This document shows, in pieces, positions 57,937 through 64,000 of a stretch of DNA of 64,000 nt. The position numbers were made by a program, and so were the translations under genes. Every line of letters begins with the position of its first letter. The first letter of the stretch is position 1. The notes beneath the pieces are model-generated. The model ran no database searches, was not told the origin of the DNA, and saw only the letters and a program-made list of their open reading frames with translations. The stretch is from Candidatus Poriferihabitaceae bacterium (GTDB lineage Bacteria; Pseudomonadota; Gammaproteobacteria; Arenicellales; Poriferihabitantaceae), in the NCBI GenBank assembly GCA_965214205.1, contig OZ243941.1, positions 927,154 through 991,153 on the forward strand, in the 5' to 3' direction.

Positions 57937-58632
57937 ATGGCAGTCCTTCAGGTCGATAAACTGAATGTCTATTATGGAGACAGCCATGTTATCCATGATA
58001 TCGGTTTTGAGGTGCAGGATAACGAAACCGTAGCCATCATGGGGCGTAACGGGATGGGCAAGACCACGCTTCTGAAAGCGTTGATCGGCCTGCTTCCGGT
58101 GCGTTCGGGCGCCTTGCTTCTCAACGGGAAAAACATAAACGACGAGCGCAGCCACAAGCGTGTCCGCGCCGGTATGGCGTATGTACCCCAGGGCAGGATG
58201 ATCTTTCCTTATCTGACTGTGCAGGAGAACATTCTCACCGGCATCCACGGGGCAGGAAACAAGAGTGTGCCAGCGTTTGTTTACGAGGTATTTCCGGTAC
58301 TGCGGGAAATGCGCAACCGCCGCGGCGGCAACCTGTCCGGCGGACAGCAGCAGCAACTGGCGATCGCACGGGCGCTGGTCAACAATCCCAGGCTGCTGAT
58401 CCTGGATGAACCAACCGAGGGAATTCAGCCGTCCATTATCAAGGATATCGCCAAAACGCTCAACTATCTGAAGAAGGAACTGGGTTTCGCCCTTGTCGTG
58501 TCCGAGCAGGCTCTGGGTTTTACGATGGAAATTTCAGACCGATTCCTGATCATGGAAAAAGGCGAGTTCGTTTATGAAGATACCAGAGACGATGTGGAGA
58601 CTGAAAGGATACACACATACCTGACCATTTAA
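57937..58632 (+). CDS. urtE: Urea/amide ABC ATPase, UrtE-like
   Basis: GRNGMGKT, YVPQGR, LSGGQQQQLAIAR, LDEPTEGIQPS. Confidence 0.86.
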   Translation: MAVLQVDKLNVYYGDSHVIHDIGFEVQDNETVAIMGRNGMGKTTLLKALIGLLPVRSGALLLNGKNINDERSHKRVRAGMAYVPQGRMIFPYLTVQENILTGIHGAGNKSVPAFVYEVFPVLREMRNRRGGNLSGGQQQQLAIARALVNNPRLLILDEPTEGIQPSIIKDIAKTLNYLKKELGFALVVSEQALGFTMEISDRFLIMEKGEFVYEDTRDDVETERIHTYLTI

Positions 58633-58658
58633 CTTACCCTACCCGGGAGGATATTATC

Positions 58659-60173
58659 ATGCCACTCCGACGACCTTCAAAAGCCGACCTCGCCGCGATC
58701 AGCGGGAGGCGCCATCTGCAACTCACCGAATCTGAACTGGACGATTTATATGAACTGGTTTGTGACAATCTGGAGTTATACGACATCCTCGAACAATATC
58801 CGGACCCGGTGCGCGAAGTCGTACCCGCGGTACGGGTGGCGGGACGACGCCTGACACCGGAAGAAGACCCACTGAATGCCATCGTCAGAACCTGCTCGGT
58901 CACGCTTCCGGGCGCCAGCGGCAGGCTTTCCGGCAAGTCAATCGGCGTCAAGGATACAATCTGTGTTTCAGGCATCCCGATTTCCTGCGCCTCGCGGCTG
59001 CTGTATGACTATACCCCGGATGTGGACGCCACGGTGGTTACGCGCATACTCGAAGCGGGCGGCCACATTACAGCGGTTTTGAATACGGATGATTTCGCCT
59101 TTTCCGGGGGCGGGCATACTAGCGCTTACGGCGCCAGCCTGAACCCGGTTGATCGGAATCATACGGCAGGGGGGTCTTCATGCGGCTCCGCCGCCGCGAT
59201 CGCGGATAATCTGGTCGATATCGCGCTCGGCGGCGATCAGGGCGGATCAATCCGCATCCCGTCGGCGTGGTCGGGGATTGTCGGCCTCAAACCGACTCAT
59301 GGCCTGGTGCCCTATACCGGTATCGTGGGTTTCGATCTGACTATTGATCACATTGGCCCGATGACGCGCACGGTGGAAGACGCGGCCCTGCTGCTTTCAG
59401 TGATTGCCGGCAAGGACCCGGATTGCGCCGACCCGCGGCAACCCGATCAGGTCGAATCGCAGGACTATACACAAGCGCTGTCCGGTGACATGAACGGGCT
59501 CAAAGTTGCCGTGATCAGTGAAGGATTCGGTTCCGGACTGTCCATGCCCGAGGTCGATTCGGCGGTCAGGGACGCGGTCAAAGTCCTGGAGGGTCTGGGA
59601 GCCGAGGTCAGGGAGGTGTCGGTGCCGGAGCATAATACGGTGGTGCCGTTGTGGAATTGTATTGCGATAGAAGGCGGGGTGGCGAGTTTTTATGCCGGTC
59701 ACCACAGCTATCAGAACAAGGGCTGGTATAACCCGAGGTTGATGTCGGCCATGGGTCGAGGGATCAAGACCCATGGCGGCGATTTCTCTCCCACCGCCAA
59801 ACTGGGCGCTCTGGTCGCCGATTACATGACCGACCAATACCACGGCGTTTTCTATGGCCGGGCCAGGAACCTGACGACCCGGTTGACAGAAGCCTATAAC
59901 AAGGTCTTCGAGTCATTCGATCTGGTGGTCATGCCGACCACGCCGCAGACCGCGCATGAGGTTCCGCCGAGTCCGGAAGAAGACCGCAAGACCTATATCC
60001 GACAGGCGCTCAATATGGTGGCGAATACGGCGACTTTCGATTTGACCGGACATCCGTCCATCACGGTGCCGTGCAGGAATGTCGAGGGTCTGCCAGTCGG
60101 CCTGATGCTGACCGCCCGCCATTTCGAAGACGCCACGGCGCTGCGCGCCGGACACGCGTATGAGCAGGCCTGA
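58659..60173 (+). CDS. Amidase-signature family amidase
   Basis: Catalytic triad motifs GVKD, GGSSCGS and GGDQGGSIRIPS; LKPTHGLVP; GLPVG. Confidence 0.92.
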   Translation: MPLRRPSKADLAAISGRRHLQLTESELDDLYELVCDNLELYDILEQYPDPVREVVPAVRVAGRRLTPEEDPLNAIVRTCSVTLPGASGRLSGKSIGVKDTICVSGIPISCASRLLYDYTPDVDATVVTRILEAGGHITAVLNTDDFAFSGGGHTSAYGASLNPVDRNHTAGGSSCGSAAAIADNLVDIALGGDQGGSIRIPSAWSGIVGLKPTHGLVPYTGIVGFDLTIDHIGPMTRTVEDAALLLSVIAGKDPDCADPRQPDQVESQDYTQALSGDMNGLKVAVISEGFGSGLSMPEVDSAVRDAVKVLEGLGAEVREVSVPEHNTVVPLWNCIAIEGGVASFYAGHHSYQNKGWYNPRLMSAMGRGIKTHGGDFSPTAKLGALVADYMTDQYHGVFYGRARNLTTRLTEAYNKVFESFDLVVMPTTPQTAHEVPPSPEEDRKTYIRQALNMVANTATFDLTGHPSITVPCRNVEGLPVGLMLTARHFEDATALRAGHAYEQA

Positions 60174-60188
60174 CCCGGTTGAACTGCG

Positions 60189-60662
60189 ATGACAGAACCG
60201 GGCACAGCGCCAGCGGCCGTCATTACCGGCATTGCCGGACGGGCGAGTGATGCCGCAATCAGCGAGAAGCTGCATGTTCTGGGCCATAAACAGGCGGTCG
60301 AGTATGTCCGGATTACAGCCGAGGAAACCCTGCGGCGGCGTTTGCGTGTTCATTCTGATCAGGGAACGGAATGTTTGATCGCGTTGCCGCGCGACCAGAG
60401 ACTTTTCGATGGCGCGGTATTGCTGCTTGAAGCTGAGCGGGCCATCGTTATACGCCTGTCTGAACAGAAATGGCTGTCGCTGGCGCCGTCGGATATGTCA
60501 GGCGCGGTGGAACTCGGTTACTTCGCGGGCAACTTGCACTGGCGGGTGCGTTTCGACGGGCCGGTTCTGAAAGTCGCGCTCGAAGGTCCGGAACAAGACT
60601 ATCTCGACCGCCTTCAACCCCTGCTGGAAAAGCATCGTGTCAAACAAACCATCGAAGATTGA
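60189..60662 (+). CDS. ureE: Urease accessory protein, UreE-like
   Basis: RRRLRVHSDQG, LFDGAVL, GYFAGNLHW; no His-rich tail. Confidence 0.72.
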   Translation: MTEPGTAPAAVITGIAGRASDAAISEKLHVLGHKQAVEYVRITAEETLRRRLRVHSDQGTECLIALPRDQRLFDGAVLLLEAERAIVIRLSEQKWLSLAPSDMSGAVELGYFAGNLHWRVRFDGPVLKVALEGPEQDYLDRLQPLLEKHRVKQTIED

Positions 60663-61335
60663 GAGCGAGGAGTTTCTGCTGTCGCTGCAGCACGCGGACA
60701 GCTTTTTCCCGAGTGGCGCCATTGCGATGTCCGGCGGGCTGGAAACACTGGTCAATGAAGAGCGGGTGACCTCATCGGAGCAGGTTGAAATATTTGTGCG
60801 CGGCCAGTTGAAATTTCGCTGGGCGTTGTTTGACCGGCCAATCCTGGTTGCAGTCTGGCGGGCAATGGACGATCTTGCGCGGGTGGGTGACATGGACGCG
60901 CTGGTCGAGGCGCAGACCCTGGCGGCCGAGTCCCGCACTGGCTCGAAGCGCGCCGGTCAGGCGCTGCTGGGTGTGCATGCCCGTCTCGAAACCCCGCGTG
61001 CCGCCGAGTATCAGCGTATGATCACCGACAAAACGGCGTATGGGCACAATACCGTTGTGCAAGGGGTCGTATGGCGTTCAATCGGGATCTGTGAATCCGC
61101 AGCCGAGTTGATGTCGGCCTACGCGTTTTGTGTCGGCATCGCCAGCGCCGCGTTGCGTCTGGGGGTGATCGGGCATCTGGATTGCCAGGCCATCATCGCT
61201 GGCGCACGTCCGCTCATCCGGCGGATACTGCTGGATGAAGCGACCGGTCTTGACAGCGTCTGCGCTTTCACTCCAGAGCAGGAAATTGCGGTCATGCGCC
61301 ATGAGACGATGCCATATCGCCTGTTTGTAAACTGA
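60637..61335 (+). CDS. ureF: Urease accessory protein UreF
   Basis: LQHADSFFPSG..AMSGGLE, AALRLG, C-terminal HE...RLFVN. Confidence 0.88.
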   Translation: MSNKPSKIESEEFLLSLQHADSFFPSGAIAMSGGLETLVNEERVTSSEQVEIFVRGQLKFRWALFDRPILVAVWRAMDDLARVGDMDALVEAQTLAAESRTGSKRAGQALLGVHARLETPRAAEYQRMITDKTAYGHNTVVQGVVWRSIGICESAAELMSAYAFCVGIASAALRLGVIGHLDCQAIIAGARPLIRRILLDEATGLDSVCAFTPEQEIAVMRHETMPYRLFVN

Positions 61336-61375
61336 AAAACCAGAAATTACGTGATTGACGTAAGGAGAATTAACC

Positions 61376-62077
61376 ATGTTACTGACACCTACCGAAATGG
61401 AACGATTAACCCTGTTTACGGCCGCGGAACTGGCCAGAAAAAGGAAAAACAAGGGACTTGAACTGAATCATCCGGAGGCGGTTGCTTATATCAGCGACGA
61501 AATTCTCGAAGGGGCCCGTGAAGGCCGGTCGGTTGCGGACCTGATCTCGTATGGTTCGACCCTGCTCAGCGTTGATGACGTGATGCCGGGGGTTGCGGAC
61601 CTGATTCCGATGATCCAGATTGAGGGTACCTTCCCGGATGGCACCAAACTGGTCACCGTTCATGACCCGATTCGTCCCGGCAACGACGTTAGCTCGGAAT
61701 CGGAACCGGTTGCGCCGGGTCAGTTGTTGCCGGCAGCCGGAGATATCGAGATCAACAAGGGCCGTCGAAAGGCGAGTATGGAAGTGACCAACACCGGCGA
61801 CCGTCCGGTACAGGTTGGCAGCCACTATCATTTTTTTGAAACCAATCGGGCGCTCGATTTCGACCGGGAAGCGGCTTATGGCATGCATCTCGATATTCCG
61901 GCGGGGACCGCGGTGCGATTCGAGCCGGGTGAAGCCAAACAGGTGATTCTGACCTGCTTCGGCGGAAGCCAGACGATGTATGGCCTGAACGGCTTGACCA
62001 ACGGCTCGGCAAACAGCGATGATGACAAGACCCGGGCCTTGCAATCAGCCAGACAACGAAAATTCAGGGGGGCATAG
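61376..62077 (+). CDS. ureAB: Fused urease gamma/beta subunit
   Basis: MLLTPTE...LNHPEA...[17 protein letters not shown] fused to [17 protein letters not shown]...[14 protein letters not shown]. Confidence 0.92.
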   Translation: MLLTPTEMERLTLFTAAELARKRKNKGLELNHPEAVAYISDEILEGAREGRSVADLISYGSTLLSVDDVMPGVADLIPMIQIEGTFPDGTKLVTVHDPIRPGNDVSSESEPVAPGQLLPAAGDIEINKGRRKASMEVTNTGDRPVQVGSHYHFFETNRALDFDREAAYGMHLDIPAGTAVRFEPGEAKQVILTCFGGSQTMYGLNGLTNGSANSDDDKTRALQSARQRKFRGA

Positions 62078-62081
62078 GACC

Positions 62082-63794
62082 ATGGCAATAATGACACGAA
62101 AAGAATATGCGCAAATGTACGGTCCCACCACCGGCGACGCCGTGCGGCTGGGGGACACTTCATTGGTGGCGCAGGTCGAGCGTGACTACGCCGTGCCGGG
62201 TGATGAATGTCTGCACGGCGGTGGTAAAACATTACGCGATGGCCTGGGCCTCGCGCCCGGTTATGACAGCGCCATGGGGTCGTTGGATATGCTGTTATGC
62301 AATGCAATGGTTATTGATCCGGTTCTCGGTATCGTCAAGGGCGATATCGGTATCAAGGAAGGAAAAATTGTCGGGATCGGCAAGGCCGGCAATCCGGAGA
62401 CCATGGATGGTGTGGATCCAGAGCTGATTTGCGGCGCGGCAACCACAGTACGCGACGCGGAAGGGTTGATCGCAACCCCCGGCGGTATTGATGTCCATGT
62501 GCATTTCGACAGCGCTCAGCTATGTGAACACGCAATCAGTTCGGGTATTACGACAATGCTCGGTGGTTCGCTTGGACCGATCACGGTGGGCATTGATTGC
62601 GGGGGCGTCTTCAATGTCGGGAAAATGCTGCAGGCCTCCGAACAATGGCCGATCAACTTCGGTTTCCTCGGCCGCGGCAACTCCTCCAAACCCCGCTCAT
62701 TGTACGATCAGATGAAGGGCGGGTGCCTGGGCCTGAAAATTCATGAAGACTGGGGCGCCATGCCGAGCGTCATCGACACATGCCTGTCAGTCGCTGACGA
62801 GATGGATTTCCAGGTTCAGCTCCATACCGACACACTGAATGAGAGCGGTTTCGTTGAGGATACACTGGCGGCCATCAATGGCCGCACGATTCACATGTAC
62901 CATACCGAGGGAGCCGGGGGCGGTCATGCGCCTGACATCATCAAGGTGGCCGGGATGAGCCACTGCCTGACTTCGTCGACCAATCCGACCAATCCGTTCA
63001 CCATAAACACATTCGATGAACATCTCGACATGATTATGGTCTGTCACCACCTGAGCCCCTCGATTCCGGAAGACGTCGCCTTTGCCGAAAGCCGGATACG
63101 GTCGCAAAGCATTGCGGCTGAGGATATCCTGCATGATCTCGGCGCCATTGCGATGCTGGGTTCCGACAGCCAGGGCATGGGCCGGATCAATGAGGTGATT
63201 TGCCGGACCTGGCAGCTGGCTTCAAAAATGAAAGACCAGCGCGGCCGGTTAAGCGAAGAGGAAACCGGTCAGGGAGACAATGAGCGCATTAAGCGCTACA
63301 TAGCCAAATATACGATCAACGCCGCCCGGACGTTTGGCATTGATCAGTATGTCGGTTCGCTGGAACCAGGCAAAATGGCTGATGTGGTATTGTGGCGTCC
63401 CGGATTTTTCGGTATCAAGCCGGAATTGGTGGTCAAGAGCGGATTTATCGCCTGGTCTCCGATGGGCGACAGCGCGGCCTCGTTGATGACTTGTGAGCCG
63501 ACCATCATGCGCCCGCAATGGGGCGCGTTTGGTTCGGCCAAAGAGTCGCTGAGCGCCTGCTTCGTCAATCCCGCGGCGATTGAGGCCGGATTGCAGGACA
63601 CATTGCAATTGACCAAACCATTGCTGCCAAGCGGCCAGACGCGCAAACTCGGCAAACAGGACATGCTGCACAATTCGGCCTGTCCCGACATCTCTGTTAA
63701 CCCGCAGACCTTCGATGTGTTTGTGGACGGCGAACTGGCCTTCTGCGAACCGGCCGCCGAGCTACCGTTGGCGCAACGCTACATGTTACGGTAA
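62082..63794 (+). CDS. ureC: Urease alpha subunit (divergent)
   Basis: Ni-ligand motifs [42 protein letters not shown]; start placed at MAIMTRK. Confidence 0.92.
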   Translation: MAIMTRKEYAQMYGPTTGDAVRLGDTSLVAQVERDYAVPGDECLHGGGKTLRDGLGLAPGYDSAMGSLDMLLCNAMVIDPVLGIVKGDIGIKEGKIVGIGKAGNPETMDGVDPELICGAATTVRDAEGLIATPGGIDVHVHFDSAQLCEHAISSGITTMLGGSLGPITVGIDCGGVFNVGKMLQASEQWPINFGFLGRGNSSKPRSLYDQMKGGCLGLKIHEDWGAMPSVIDTCLSVADEMDFQVQLHTDTLNESGFVEDTLAAINGRTIHMYHTEGAGGGHAPDIIKVAGMSHCLTSSTNPTNPFTINTFDEHLDMIMVCHHLSPSIPEDVAFAESRIRSQSIAAEDILHDLGAIAMLGSDSQGMGRINEVICRTWQLASKMKDQRGRLSEEETGQGDNERIKRYIAKYTINAARTFGIDQYVGSLEPGKMADVVLWRPGFFGIKPELVVKSGFIAWSPMGDSAASLMTCEPTIMRPQWGAFGSAKESLSACFVNPAAIEAGLQDTLQLTKPLLPSGQTRKLGKQDMLHNSACPDISVNPQTFDVFVDGELAFCEPAAELPLAQRYMLR

Positions 63795-63795
63795 T

Positions 63796-64000
63796 ATGAA
63801 CACACAGACCGATATGGAAACGCGCGGCTTGCCGGGTCCGGCCCGAATCGGGATTGGCGGCCCGGTCGGGTCTGGTAAAACTGCCCTGATCGAGAACCTG
63901 ATTCCGGTATTCGCGGCGCGCAACCTGGAACTGGCGATTATTACCAATGATCTGGTTACCCGTGAAGACGCGGAACGGATCCGGCACAGCGGGTTGATCG
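63796..64000 (+). CDS. ureG: Urease accessory GTPase UreG, N-terminal part (runs off window end)
   Basis: Manual translation MNTQTD...[15 protein letters not shown]...[14 protein letters not shown]. Confidence 0.92.
   Translation, partial: MNTQTDMETRGLPGPARIGIGGPVGSGKTALIENLIPVFAARNLELAIITNDLVTREDAERIRHSGLI

Overview
A GC-rich gammaproteobacterial chromosome segment from a probable marine sulfur oxidizer; the lifestyle is inferred from gene content. In order it carries rluD (partial), bamD and tRNA-Pro(CGG), then a TmoXWV-like TMAO/quaternary-amine ABC importer. Next is a four-gene operon (DUF924, TauD-like dioxygenase, helical hypothetical, solo Cas6/Cmx6-like gene with no CRISPR array) transcribed divergently from a reverse-type dsr cluster, dsrAB-C-MKLJOPN, which lacks dsrEFH and is followed by a sensor-less NarX-type kinase and a NarL-type regulator. 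After thiN-like and aroE come two head-to-head Calx-beta paralogs and a TolC / PAS-fused adaptor / MacB-type exporter, then housekeeping genes (5'-nucleotidase, lysA, lptM, argH) and an aa3-type cytochrome c oxidase cluster. An accessory stretch follows (HigBA-like toxin-antitoxin, Rieske oxygenase, OsmC, methyltransferases, a tubulin/FtsZ-like GTPase gene). The window ends in an AmiC/AmiR (ANTAR)-controlled cluster with a Urt-like ABC importer, an amidase and a divergent urease (ureE-F-AB-C-G). The best candidates for undescribed biology are the array-less Cas6 operon facing dsr, the PAS-gated MacB/TolC exporter with Calx-beta cargo candidates, the remodelled urease plus amidase module, and the tubulin-like operon. 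All family calls come from motif recognition by eye; no searches were run.
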